A stretch of DNA of 64,000 nucleotides from Candidatus Cloacimonadales bacterium (lineage in GTDB: Bacteria > Cloacimonadota > Cloacimonadia > Cloacimonadales > DAONDQ01): positions 3,488,001 through 3,552,000 of the forward strand of contig OY759316.1 in NCBI GenBank assembly GCA_963662275.1, read 5' to 3'. The notes below the pieces were generated by a model, which ran no database searches, was not told the origin of the DNA, and saw only the letters and a program-made list of their open reading frames with translations. Below, piece by piece: positions 30,607-41,091 of the stretch; the stretch's first letter is position 1, and every line of letters begins with the position of its first letter. The translations under genes were made by a program, and so were the position numbers.

Positions 30607-32500
30607 GGAGATGTCCCGAAACTAGCATGATTTTATTTTCTTCTGTTGTAAAATATGTGATTGTTTTTACAGGCAAACTAAATTACTCAATAGTTTCCGA
30701 AAAGCGATGCAAAGACAAGGAAAAACGGAGTAATATTTACCTAATTCATGTTTGAATTCTGGTAGGAAGAGTCTTCATCAGGCTTTTCCTTCAGTATTTT
30801 GTAAGTGCAGAAACATTTTCCCTATATTATGTCCTAAAAAGAGGAGGGATAACTGTTCCTTGCATTTTCTCAATGAACGGACAGTAAATCTCTCAAACTT
30901 CCTGTTCCACTTCATGAAAGCAAATACAGCCTCCGGTTCGATGCCTCTTTGCTTTCTCAGCTTGTCGCCTTTTTCAGAAAGCAGATTATTGACGGTCTGA
31001 CGTTTTAGTGGAGCTATATGAGGATCGTAGGTCAGTGATTTATGTGTTTTATCCTTGTAGGGAATACACTTTTTATTGTGAGGACATTCTCTGCAGTCAT
31101 TACATATATAGGTTTTCACGATTCGTTTCGGACCGTTCTTCTCTGTCTCTTCTTCCTTGATTTTGACCAGTCTCCGATTAAATTGACAGACCCACTCATC
31201 ATGCTCCTCATCATAGCTGAAGCCTGTCAGAAGAGAGTCCCGATAATCTCTCTTATAATCCTGGGTCTTGAGATAGCTTGTTATCTCTTTTTCAGCAGCA
31301 TAATTCAAATTCAGCGCAGTGCCATAGGCAGCATCTCCAACAACGTCGGTAGGATATTGTCCCAATTCATCATGCATTTGCTCCATGAGATTGGGAAATT
31401 CAACGGTTTCTTTAGGGATATTGAATAAGTGAATGCCTGTGACAAATTGCTCTGAAGTTCCGATACTGGCAACATAACCCGGTGCCAGCTGTCCATTTTT
31501 CAATCGCATAAATGTGGCATCATTATCAGTCTTGGATGTGCTGCTGCGTCCTTCTCCAATTATCTCAAGCTGTTGCTCATATTTCTCCAGCTTAGTTATA
31601 TCATTGCTCTTTGATTTGGAGATTTCGCGCAAAAGAGATTTGATTTTCTTGATAGCCCGAGTATCTGACGGATGATTTTTCTGTAGTCGGGACATTGCTT
31701 CTTTCAGCTTGTTTTCTGCTGAGACCAGTCTATCTCTGATCTGTTCAGATGCGACTGTAGCAGTTTTCTCTGATTCAACCGCATGCAATTGCTCACCAAG
31801 CTCAAGAAGATCAGCGGTTCCATATTGCTGTTGCTCTTCCTGATTATATTCCTCGATCTTTTTAAACAATCCCTCAACTCGTGTCTTGACCAGTTCCTGA
31901 TAACGAAGCGCATTGCTTTTCCAGATGTAGGAATTCTTGCCGGCATTTGCGTGAATCGTCGTCCCGTCAACAAAACAGGTGTCGAGATCAAGATATCCTA
32001 ATGATGATGCTTTCAGTACTACCTGATAAAATACATCAATAAGAATATCAGAACACTTAGTCCAGGCAAAGGTGTTGATCGTTCTGAAATCAGGTTCCTG
32101 TTCTCCTGCCAGCCAGATAAAATTGATGTTCTCCCGAACAGCCTTAGCTATCTTCCGACAGGTATAAATACCATTGATATAGGCGTATACAATGATCTTC
32201 AACATCATCTTGGGATGATAAGCAGGTGTACCTTCATCAGAGTATCTTGTATATAGCTCAGATAAGTCCAGTTGCTCAACGACATCGTTAACATAACGAA
32301 CCATGTGCTGGGGAGGTATTCTCTCTTCAATATTAAGTCCATAGAGTGTCCCCTGATTCGGATTGTGCTCTCTGAAATTCATAATTCTCTCTATGCTTAG
32401 TTTTTAAAGGCAACAATACACCCTATAACAATATGTCAAGATATATAACTAATTATTTAATAGTTGCTATTTTTCTATCATTTAGTTTCGGGACATCTCC
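30607..32500 (-). mobile_element. IS1182-family insertion sequence
   Basis: Perfect 18-bp TIR GGAGATGTCCCGAAACTA at 30607-30624 and 32483-32500; no TSD visible. Confidence 0.88.
30778..32382 (-). CDS. IS1182-family transposase
   Basis: G.PAYHPKMMLKI..YAY, PDFRTI, FVDGTTIHANA, SKTDNDATFM, GDAAY, R..EPEAVF..K. Confidence 0.9.
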   Translation of the reverse strand: MNFREHNPNQGTLYGLNIEERIPPQHMVRYVNDVVEQLDLSELYTRYSDEGTPAYHPKMMLKIIVYAYINGIYTCRKIAKAVRENINFIWLAGEQEPDFRTINTFAWTKCSDILIDVFYQVVLKASSLGYLDLDTCFVDGTTIHANAGKNSYIWKSNALRYQELVKTRVEGLFKKIEEYNQEEQQQYGTADLLELGEQLHAVESEKTATVASEQIRDRLVSAENKLKEAMSRLQKNHPSDTRAIKKIKSLLREISKSKSNDITKLEKYEQQLEIIGEGRSSTSKTDNDATFMRLKNGQLAPGYVASIGTSEQFVTGIHLFNIPKETVEFPNLMEQMHDELGQYPTDVVGDAAYGTALNLNYAAEKEITSYLKTQDYKRDYRDSLLTGFSYDEEHDEWVCQFNRRLVKIKEEETEKNGPKRIVKTYICNDCRECPHNKKCIPYKDKTHKSLTYDPHIAPLKRQTVNNLLSEKGDKLRKQRGIEPEAVFAFMKWNRKFERFTVRSLRKCKEQLSLLFLGHNIGKMFLHLQNTEGKA

Positions 32501-32666
32501 GAAAGATATTAACACTGGATTTCAATCCGGTGATGAGCGTTCGCATCGCGTCCTGCGGACTGAATACGAAACCATAAAACAAATGATATGCCTGATACAA
32601 TTCTTTAAACAATACCGCTCCCTCATGGCACCTAAATAACCAAGTCACAAAAAAGAAAACAGCAGG

Positions 32667-32752
32667 TAATCAGTAGCTAACGAGAATCTAAAATAATTTA
32701 GGAGCTGGTTAGGAGCTGATTAGTATCTGATTAGGTGCTGATTAGCTTCTCA
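32667..32752. repeat. 11-bp-period array (TTAGGAGCTGA x5, degenerate) with an inverted unit upstream
   Basis: TTAGGAGCTGG TTAGGAGCTGA TTAGTATCTGA TTAGGTGCTGA TTAGCTTCTCA at 32698-32752. Confidence 0.7.
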
Positions 32753-32781
32753 TTGGAGAGCCATCTATGTGCATTCTGTCT

Positions 32782-33044
32782 GTCAAAACTTCGCTGATGC
32801 AATAGTGTAGAGTAGGATGCCGTTCCTGCTGAATGCATTGGCAGTTGGGTCGAATGGCATTCGCCACATTGCATCAGCCCACATGGATAACCTGATGGCT
32901 CTGGATACACAATCAAACAGCCTGGAAGATGCCAGAGATTACATCAAAGCCCTCGCACCTTGGGTGAGTAATGATCAGATAGTCTACAACAGTAGTGATG
33001 AACCTATCGGTGTCTCCAGAGCACATGTTCCATTTCCACTCTTT
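32782..33044 (+). repeat. Copy 2 of the duplicated REP-led cassette
   Basis: Aligns with 28894-29214; carries one GTAGGA-type palindrome where copy 1 has two. Confidence 0.85.
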
Positions 33045-33080
33045 ATAGAAAAATTGGACGACTTCTGTCCAAATAGATTG

Positions 33081-33112
33081 AAAACGAGTCCAGCCTAGAT
33101 GACTGGACTCGT
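33081..33112 (-). terminator. Intrinsic terminator of the giant C10 protease gene
   Basis: ACGAGTCCAG...CTGGACTCGT stem followed by T-run on the minus strand. Confidence 0.65.
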
Positions 33113-33130
33113 ATCAAATATGTATTTGGA

Positions 33131-36100
33131 CTATTTCAACATAACCATTTTCTTACAAGACTGATAATTGTTGGCTTTCATAAATAGATAATATACTCCA
33201 CTACTTACTTGTTTGCCAGCATTGTTAGTACCATCCCAATCGATCGAATATGAACCTGCCGAGACCTTTGATTGGATAAGATTCTTCACGATGTTACCCT
33301 TAATGTTGTACACACAGATAAGCACATTAACTGGTTCTTTGATAGAATATCGAATTGTAGTTTTGGGATTAAATGGATTGGGATAATTAGCATATAGTCT
33401 GGTTACTAAAGGTGCAACTTGGGGGTCATCATTAGCAACCGGAACAGACACTATCCATATCTGCTCAACTGTCGAAACGTTATCTGATACCACAGCTTTT
33501 ACTTGGAGCGTACCGGATTGAGTAAATTGATATGTAAATTCAACGGTCGAGTTGTTCTGATTTACATTATCCACGAACCAGCTATAACTTATAGGGCTGT
33601 CAATATCAGTTGCGTTAATACTGAAGCTTAGAGTTTCATTTAATGCTGCACTGAGCGATGTTTGGGTTGGTAAAAAGCTGATTATTATTGGAGGGTCATT
33701 AATTGGAGTTACTATAACTAATGCAGAATCAATGGCTGTTGCTCTGGTTACTCCATCACTCACTATAAAAATCAGGTTTTCCAAACCACTCCAATTTAGG
33801 GGAGAGTTGAAAACTATGGATAGTCCGGTTATTGAAGCAGTAATATTGGTATTACCTGTAACACTTAATGATAAGTTAGTATTATCAACGGCGCTGCAAT
33901 ACAGTGCAAAATTAACTGTCAAATTTGTGTCTTCATCGAAAGTAAATGACGCTGGTAAGTCTATTACGGGTGCATCATTCACAGGAGTTACAATCACATT
34001 TACTTGATCTGTAGAGTTTAGCAAACCGTCGCTTACTGTAAAGCTTACAGATTCATTTCCATTCCAATTTAGCGATGCTGTAATAGTTGCATTCATCCCA
34101 TTCATAACCACTGTAATATGATCTGTATTCTGAGCTGTGACTGTCAGATTTGTATTGTCAACATCGCTCACATAAGTTGCCATATTAACGACTAAATTAC
34201 TATCCTCTAAGAAACTAAACGATTCAGGAAGATTAATTACTGGAGCGTCATTTACAGGGGTCACTATAATGTCAGCTATATCAGAAGCAATAGCTCTGCC
34301 CATATTGTCATTTACTGTGAAGGTGACTTGTTCTGTACCGCTCCAGTTTAGTAATGCTCCCAATGTAACATTCATACCTGTTATTGCTACTGTCACGTTA
34401 GTGTTACCACTTGCTGTTAGCGTAAGAGTGTTATCCACATCGCTTGCATACAATACCATATTAATCGACAATGTGTTATCCTCAGCAAAAGTAAATGAAG
34501 CCGGCAAAATAATTACAGGGGCATCATTGACGGGGGTCACTACAATATTTACAGAAGCAGATGAAGTAGCTCTGCTTTCCCTGTTTAAGTTTTCTTTTAC
34601 ACTTGAGAATATCTTTACTCCTTCATACCCGTGTAGTCTACCACTTTTGTTACTAAGATCAATGTTCCCCTTACTGATTGTGCTTTTTCGACTTACATTA
34701 TCATTTACCGTAAAAGTCACTTGTTCCATCCCAAACCAGTTAAGAGAAGATGTAAAAGCAGCATTCATACCATTCATTGATACAGAAATATGTGCACTAT
34801 TCTGTGAGGTGATAGTTAAATTAGTGTTATCTACATCACTGACATATTGTGTCATATTGACTGTTAGTGTCCCGTCTTCGTCAAAAGTGAAAGAAGCTGG
34901 CATTGAGATTACTGGGGGGTCATTGACTGGCAATATGTTTACGTTAAATGTATCAGCGCATGTTGCTCTGTCTCGTGATATTGAATTTCTTGTTGATGAA
35001 GATCGAGATTGTATATCATTGGCTGTTATGGTTATGTTTGCTGTACCGCTTTGGTTGAGTACCGACGACATGATTAGAGTATTACCTGATACAAATGCAC
35101 TAATTATATTCGGATTATGCTCAACAGTATAAATCAGCAGGCCATCGTCATTGTCTACAAAGTAGTTATCAAGGTTTATCATAAACGTACTGAAATCCTC
35201 ATTCAAATTCATATCTGGCATTTCTTGAAATACATGGGGTACTTGATTAGTAACATTAATCATATTGGGGATAGTCAATGTACTGGTGATATTCAGACTG
35301 TTCCAGATAGTCAAGGTAACCGAATAGACACCCCTGCTATAGTAAATATGGGTTGGATTCTGTTCTGGGGATGTTGACCCATCTCCAAAATTCCAAAGCC
35401 AACTTGTTAGGATTCCATTGCCTGCTCGGGAAGTGTCCGTAAAGTGAACAGATAGTGGTGATGAACCTGCTGTAGCGCTTGCTGTAAAGGAAGCTACAGT
35501 ACTTAATGTAGATATCTTTGCCACGAAAATATCATCATTATTGTATAAGCTGGTAATTGAGTGAGAGTTAAAATTGGCTGCACTATTAAATCTTCCAGTA
35601 ACATAACCGTTCCCATTGCTATCTGATGAGATGCCTGTGGCAAGGTCTGTGTATGTTCCTCCCGAACGTGTCGCTGATATCCAGTTTCCTCCAATATCAA
35701 GTTTTGCCACAAAAATATCACTAGCACTATTGCTACCGATACTAGTAAGCGAAGCTGGTCCAAAATCGGCAGTGTTGTTAAATAAACCTGCAATATAAAT
35801 GTTCCCACCATTGTCTATATCGATGCAATTGCTCTGTTCTAGACCAGTTCCACCAGCTCGTTTTACCCACAACCAATTTCCGTATGTATCCAACTTGGCT
35901 ATATAGATGTCACTGTCACCATTACTGGTAAGTGGAGTAGAACCAAAATTGGCTGTTCCCATAAAATAACCGGTAACATAACTGTTCCCGTTGCTGTCAG
36001 TGGATATGCCACATCCATAATCGCTTTCTAATCCCCCTACGCCTTTTGCCCAGAGCCAAGTGCCTGTTGTATTGAGTTTAGCGATGATGATATCATAATT

Positions 36101-39100
36101 TCCGTTACTGGTCAGTAAGGTTGTACCAAAACTAGCTGAGCCAGAATAAATCCCAGTCAAATAGCAATTTCCACTAATGTCGATTGAAATACCCTGTCCA
36201 AAGTCATAGCCTGTACCTCCAGCTCCTTTTGCCCAAAGCCAGTTGCCGTTTGTATCTATTTTGGCAATAAAGATATCCCGCTCTCCAAAACTAGTTAGAG
36301 ATGTTGCACCGAAGGTAGCAGTGGAATTGAAATATCCTGTAACATAACTGTTCCCGTTACTATCGGTTGTAATACTTCGACCGTCATCACCATTGCTTGT
36401 ACCTCCTGCTCGTCTAGCCCAGAGCCAGTTGCCATTAGTATCTAGTTTGGCAACAAAAATATCACTGCGAAAAGTACTGATAAGCGTAGTATTGCCGAAA
36501 GTCGCATTAGTTTCAAAATTGCCGGTAACATAGCAGTTCCCACTATTGTCGATAGATATTGAGCGACCTTCGTCATGATCGCTAACTCCCCCGGCTTGTT
36601 TTGCCCAGAGCCAGTTGCCATTTGCACTAATCTTGGCAATAAATATATCCTCGTAACCACTACTGATAAGTGTAGTGGAACCAAAATTAGCTGTACCTTC
36701 GAAATATCCTGTAATATAGCTGTTTCCGTTGCTGTCGGTGGCCATGCTGTAACTCTCAGTATCTACGCTTTCTCCGACTCCCCCCGCACTCGTTGCCCAG
36801 AGCCAATCTTGAGTTTGTGCCGGAGGTGAGAAATTTGATGCATTTACTGAAATTTCATTAGAATAATCTGAATCACCTGCTACATTGAATGCCTTTACTC
36901 TATAATAATATGTCGTATTTGTTGTTAAATCAGTACTCAGATAAGAATTGATGCCTGTACTTACGGTAGTTATTTGTGACCAAGTACCGGCAGTTCCCAT
37001 TTTTCGTTCAATTTTAAAGCCATTCTCATTGTTAGAATTATCTGTCCATGATATTCTGACCTGTGTGGATGCAATTACCGATGAGACTAGATTGATCGGT
37101 GCAGGTAAAGCTCCCGGTTGAGAACCTGTAGATGCAAAAATCTCATTTGTATAACCTGAGTCACCTGCCCCATTAAATGCCTTAACTCTATAATAATAAA
37201 CTGTATTAGTAGTTAATCCTGTGTCCATAAATGAAGTAGTGCCTATACCAACAGTTGCTATTGGTGACCAAGTACCAGCAGATCCTGTTTTCCTTTCAAT
37301 TTTAAAACCATCTTCATTGGTAGAATTATCTGTCCATATGATATTAATTTGTGTAGATGCAAAGAGACTGGCACCAATATTAGATGGGGAATTTGGAATA
37401 GGTTGTGGGGTTATCAACGTCAGAGTATAGTTTTCGTTGTTCCTATTGGATGTAACATTAGAATAATCTCTATATGGAGGATCAATAGTATACCCAGGTA
37501 TTTGTAGTGTTGCTCTACCTGTCCACCCGATTTGAACTGGTTCTGAGTAAGAACCAACAATGTCTGTTTCAGTATCATTATTACCAAAGGTATCATTCGA
37601 AAATGCTATGTTCACATCAGACATTGCTATCCCTGCGCTGTTAAAAACATAACCACTGATATGAACATGATCTAATGGGGCTTCAGGTTGATTAATTGAT
37701 AAGTAAGACCCTGTTGGCGACCCTGAATTAAAATGTACAAGTATTGTTGCAGAACGAGCTGAACCAGTATTTGCTGTCGCAGTTAAAGTAAAACTGCTGG
37801 AACTGCTGTTAGTACAATTTATCCAGTCTATAGCCTCTGTAAATTGCCAAGTACCTGAAGTTGTTATCTGTACTATATGAGAGCCACCTGCAACAGGAAA
37901 AGTGATACTCGTAGGATTTACAGCATTCACAACTGTTGCTACTGTAGTCGCAAATGCTACGCTTGAATAATTTGAAAAACCTTGTGTATTGAATGCAATA
38001 ACCCTATAATAGTACGTAGTATTTGAGCTTAAACCTGTATCATTATAATTTATTATATTTGCCTGAACGCTATTAATTTGACACCAAGTACCATTAACTC
38101 CAGTTTTACGTTCGATATTAAATCCATTTTCATTGATTGAATTATCTGTCCAACTTAAGTAAATTTGAGATGATGAAAGAGGACTGGCAATCAAATTAGT
38201 TGGTGTAGATAAAATTGTTTGTACTCCATTTCCATATAATGCTACATTTACATTACTTGCTCCAGTTGATGAATGGGTACAATTGTAATTGTAAGATTGA
38301 ACATTAGTGGGTTGAAAACGCACCCAAATTGTTTGAGTGACTGTCCCATTAGTGTCATTTATGTTCAGCGTGTTCATATAAGTCCCACTTTGAGATGTTG
38401 AAATCAAATATCCTGATGCAGATTGAATAGTTATACCCCCAACAAGGTTCTCGCCAGAGAGTTGGTAGCTATATAGTGGCGAGTTTGTATTAACAATTAC
38501 GTTTCCAAAGTTCAATGAAGTAGGATTTACAGATATAGTAGGAGTGCCATAAACAGATTTGTAGTACGCGCTACCTAGATGTACATTGTTAGGCAAAGGT
38601 GCTGAGATATTTAGACTTGTTGAATAATCAATATCGTTCTTTGTCCATTTAATGAACCTTTTATTTGCTGTTATCTGTGGAGCTGTTAATGTGATTGTGG
38701 CACCATTGTTATAATATCTTTCGTAGGACGTTGTTCCTCCAGCGCTATTATTCATTAAATCTGTTCCTGTACCGTTTATTATAATGCCATTGTCTGGATT
38801 TTGGGATTCTACATACATAGTCTGTTGAGCATTTAATGGTTGAATTCCGATAATTGCTTCAGGGCTATTGTAATATGTCAGATTATCAAAATCTGGATTT
38901 GGAATTACAGGCGTGCCATCATCTAAGAAGTAATAGCCATCACAATTATCTTCATTACCCCATCCTAGATTGATATAAAATGCAGGTTCATCTGAGTATG
39001 TTTGAAAGCCGTGGATTATATAAGCATGACCCGTGTTTCCTGATACACCTCCATAAATCAAAGGTCTTCCTGCGTTCAATTCGGTTGTTAAGCTATTATA

Positions 39101-39976
39101 CCATGAACTCCAAGGAGTAATTACAAGCTTTGTAATATGTTGAGCGGAATTATTATAACGAAAATGATCTTCAAGAGCATTCAGAACATCGCTAAAATTC
39201 GCTTCGGATTCGTTACCCCAATTTGCATTGATAGCCACACCGCAGTTATATATAAGCTTTGATATTTCATTGATTTCACTTTGTGGACTTCCTGATGACA
39301 ATGATGGCGGCATCTCATACCAATCATAATGAGTTTGACCAAAATTTACTGTATAATTTCCTAGTTCACATGAATTCGTATGAGTTCCTTGTCCTACTAA
39401 TGGATAGTTCCAATATTTTAGCATTTGAGATAAAGCTACTGTAGCACATCCCGGATATACATGTTCACCACTTTGGACTGGAGTTTGATTATCATAAGGC
39501 TCCCCTGAGTTCCAATGAACATTAAAAGGAATTAAAATGTCTCTAGTGTTATCTCTTGGAACAAAAGAAGAAGTATCTGTCAATAAGTGTCTCCATGATT
39601 GGTTATACAATGTTGCTTCAATACTGTTCGAGTTTATTTCATCAATTTTTTTTAGCCATCTATCAATCATATCATTGATTTGATAATTCAATTTACTCTT
39701 ATTTATATTCAATTTGAAGTTGTATCCCATGATCGGTTTTACTTTGTCATCACCAGAAATAAAAATGAAACCGCTAGGTTTTAAATGAAGTAAGTAGATA
39801 CAATTAGTTTTATCTTTATTGGTAAGTATGTCAATTGAAGAAATTGCACTATTAGGAAAATTCCACTGTTTACACCAATTTAATCCAACAGTCTCTGATT
39901 GATCAATAGATATCGGTTTTGCAAAGAATATCGCAATTTGAACCAAGACGACAAGACTAAGAAGTGTCTTCTTCAT
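33131..39976 (-). CDS. Giant secreted C10 (streptopain-like) peptidase with prodomain, 3 FN3, BACON-like, SBBP beta-propeller repeats, PKD, cadherin-like/tandem repeats and C-terminal sorting domain
   Basis: GFIFISGDD prodomain; PGCATVA, GHAYII, INLGWG; WTDNS.NE.GF.IER x3; D..GN.YVTG.F...DIF.AK repeats; VTPVNDAP repeats; NYPNPFNP tail. Confidence 0.88.
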   Translation of the reverse strand: MKKTLLSLVVLVQIAIFFAKPISIDQSETVGLNWCKQWNFPNSAISSIDILTNKDKTNCIYLLHLKPSGFIFISGDDKVKPIMGYNFKLNINKSKLNYQINDMIDRWLKKIDEINSNSIEATLYNQSWRHLLTDTSSFVPRDNTRDILIPFNVHWNSGEPYDNQTPVQSGEHVYPGCATVALSQMLKYWNYPLVGQGTHTNSCELGNYTVNFGQTHYDWYEMPPSLSSGSPQSEINEISKLIYNCGVAINANWGNESEANFSDVLNALEDHFRYNNSAQHITKLVITPWSSWYNSLTTELNAGRPLIYGGVSGNTGHAYIIHGFQTYSDEPAFYINLGWGNEDNCDGYYFLDDGTPVIPNPDFDNLTYYNSPEAIIGIQPLNAQQTMYVESQNPDNGIIINGTGTDLMNNSAGGTTSYERYYNNGATITLTAPQITANKRFIKWTKNDIDYSTSLNISAPLPNNVHLGSAYYKSVYGTPTISVNPTSLNFGNVIVNTNSPLYSYQLSGENLVGGITIQSASGYLISTSQSGTYMNTLNINDTNGTVTQTIWVRFQPTNVQSYNYNCTHSSTGASNVNVALYGNGVQTILSTPTNLIASPLSSSQIYLSWTDNSINENGFNIERKTGVNGTWCQINSVQANIINYNDTGLSSNTTYYYRVIAFNTQGFSNYSSVAFATTVATVVNAVNPTSITFPVAGGSHIVQITTSGTWQFTEAIDWINCTNSSSSSFTLTATANTGSARSATILVHFNSGSPTGSYLSINQPEAPLDHVHISGYVFNSAGIAMSDVNIAFSNDTFGNNDTETDIVGSYSEPVQIGWTGRATLQIPGYTIDPPYRDYSNVTSNRNNENYTLTLITPQPIPNSPSNIGASLFASTQINIIWTDNSTNEDGFKIERKTGSAGTWSPIATVGIGTTSFMDTGLTTNTVYYYRVKAFNGAGDSGYTNEIFASTGSQPGALPAPINLVSSVIASTQVRISWTDNSNNENGFKIERKMGTAGTWSQITTVSTGINSYLSTDLTTNTTYYYRVKAFNVAGDSDYSNEISVNASNFSPPAQTQDWLWATSAGGVGESVDTESYSMATDSNGNSYITGYFEGTANFGSTTLISSGYEDIFIAKISANGNWLWAKQAGGVSDHDEGRSISIDNSGNCYVTGNFETNATFGNTTLISTFRSDIFVAKLDTNGNWLWARRAGGTSNGDDGRSITTDSNGNSYVTGYFNSTATFGATSLTSFGERDIFIAKIDTNGNWLWAKGAGGTGYDFGQGISIDISGNCYLTGIYSGSASFGTTLLTSNGNYDIIIAKLNTTGTWLWAKGVGGLESDYGCGISTDSNGNSYVTGYFMGTANFGSTPLTSNGDSDIYIAKLDTYGNWLWVKRAGGTGLEQSNCIDIDNGGNIYIAGLFNNTADFGPASLTSIGSNSASDIFVAKLDIGGNWISATRSGGTYTDLATGISSDSNGNGYVTGRFNSAANFNSHSITSLYNNDDIFVAKISTLSTVASFTASATAGSSPLSVHFTDTSRAGNGILTSWLWNFGDGSTSPEQNPTHIYYSRGVYSVTLTIWNSLNITSTLTIPNMINVTNQVPHVFQEMPDMNLNEDFSTFMINLDNYFVDNDDGLLIYTVEHNPNIISAFVSGNTLIMSSVLNQSGTANITITANDIQSRSSSTRNSISRDRATCADTFNVNILPVNDPPVISMPASFTFDEDGTLTVNMTQYVSDVDNTNLTITSQNSAHISVSMNGMNAAFTSSLNWFGMEQVTFTVNDNVSRKSTISKGNIDLSNKSGRLHGYEGVKIFSSVKENLNRESRATSSASVNIVVTPVNDAPVIILPASFTFAEDNTLSINMVLYASDVDNTLTLTASGNTNVTVAITGMNVTLGALLNWSGTEQVTFTVNDNMGRAIASDIADIIVTPVNDAPVINLPESFSFLEDSNLVVNMATYVSDVDNTNLTVTAQNTDHITVVMNGMNATITASLNWNGNESVSFTVSDGLLNSTDQVNVIVTPVNDAPVIDLPASFTFDEDTNLTVNFALYCSAVDNTNLSLSVTGNTNITASITGLSIVFNSPLNWSGLENLIFIVSDGVTRATAIDSALVIVTPINDPPIIISFLPTQTSLSAALNETLSFSINATDIDSPISYSWFVDNVNQNNSTVEFTYQFTQSGTLQVKAVVSDNVSTVEQIWIVSVPVANDDPQVAPLVTRLYANYPNPFNPKTTIRYSIKEPVNVLICVYNIKGNIVKNLIQSKVSAGSYSIDWDGTNNAGKQVSSGVYYLFMKANNYQSCKKMVMLK

Positions 39977-40504
39977 TGTAGCCTCCAGGGACTTTATTAT
40001 TCATAATCTGTTCAATCTCTTTTAGACGATTACTTATTTTCATCTATTGTATTGCAAATCAAACTGCTTGAGCGATCATCTATCAATGGAAGATACTTAT
40101 TCATGTTCAATATGAGTAAACTAATCTGTAACATCTTTTTGTCAAGCAATTCTCGATTTTTGCAAGAAATGCAATGTAAGGCTATGCATTAAAACAAGAT
40201 AGTTATCTCTTTATCTATTTAATCAAAGCTACTGAACTGAATATTCCATAGATTATTCGCTTTGCAACATACAGATTGTGATACAGAGTTTAAATTTTCT
40301 ATACGAAGGGATTTCATTTTTGCATATGTTTAACATGATTTTCCTGACCAACTTTTAGATATGCCACCTACAAATATTCAGTGGCATCCATAGGCAAGCG
40401 GATTTGATAAAATCACCGGCAGCATGTTCCTATCACTCCGAATACAACATTTGGAGTATAGATGGAACAGGGCTTATTAGTTAGAGTCAAAGAACAGCAC
40501 ATAT

Positions 40505-40584
40505 GAGCATTACGGTACCAATACGGTAGCAATACGGTATCATTACGGTAAAAAACCGTATTGCTACCGTAATGATATAGTAAT
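40505..40584. repeat. Inverted 11-bp-unit array, second copy of the 3153-3210 element with two extra units
   Basis: GAGCATTACGGTACCAATACGGTAGCAATACGGTATCATTACGGTAAAAAACCGTATTGCTACCGTAATGATATAGTAAT. Confidence 0.8.
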
Positions 40585-41091
40585 GGAACCACAGTTCATT
40601 TAAGATTTAAAATTGAAGATTGAAGATTTGTAGAGAATGGATGAAAGGCTTGGTTTGGACTGACCTTTATCCCGGTATAGACAAGTATAAAACTGGTATC
40701 AAATAAGTTTCGGGTATGTATGCTTCGTGCGAGTAAATATTGATAATACTCACGAGCAATTGTAACGATCACAGATTGCAGATGCTCCCTAGCCTGGAAT
40801 TCGTAGAGATAAATAATACTAAAGATAATAAAATTTAGCTTCATTATTAAATAAGCAACATTCGTATTTTAGTAAAAAATGAAATAATCAATTGACAGAT
40901 ATAATATCTATTATATATACTGAATAGTAATAACTTCAAAGATTTCATAGTGTGAAAGACTATGCTTATATTAAATACATCTAACATAGAAGAAAAAGAG
41001 CTTAACGTCCTTATCATCATTTAGCAGGGAGGGCTGACATTCTATCTTTGGAAAAACTAGACTTTCCAGAGTACAAGAAAGAGGAGATTGT

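Noticed and set aside
34269..35132. 287-aa plus-strand ORF
   Set aside because: Antisense shadow of the repetitive region of the 2281-aa gene
39977..41091. Riboswitch or ncRNA in the 1.1-kb divergent intergenic region
   Set aside because: Only short hairpins seen; no c-di-GMP, cobalamin, TPP or SAM consensus recognised by eye. An Infernal/Rfam scan would be needed
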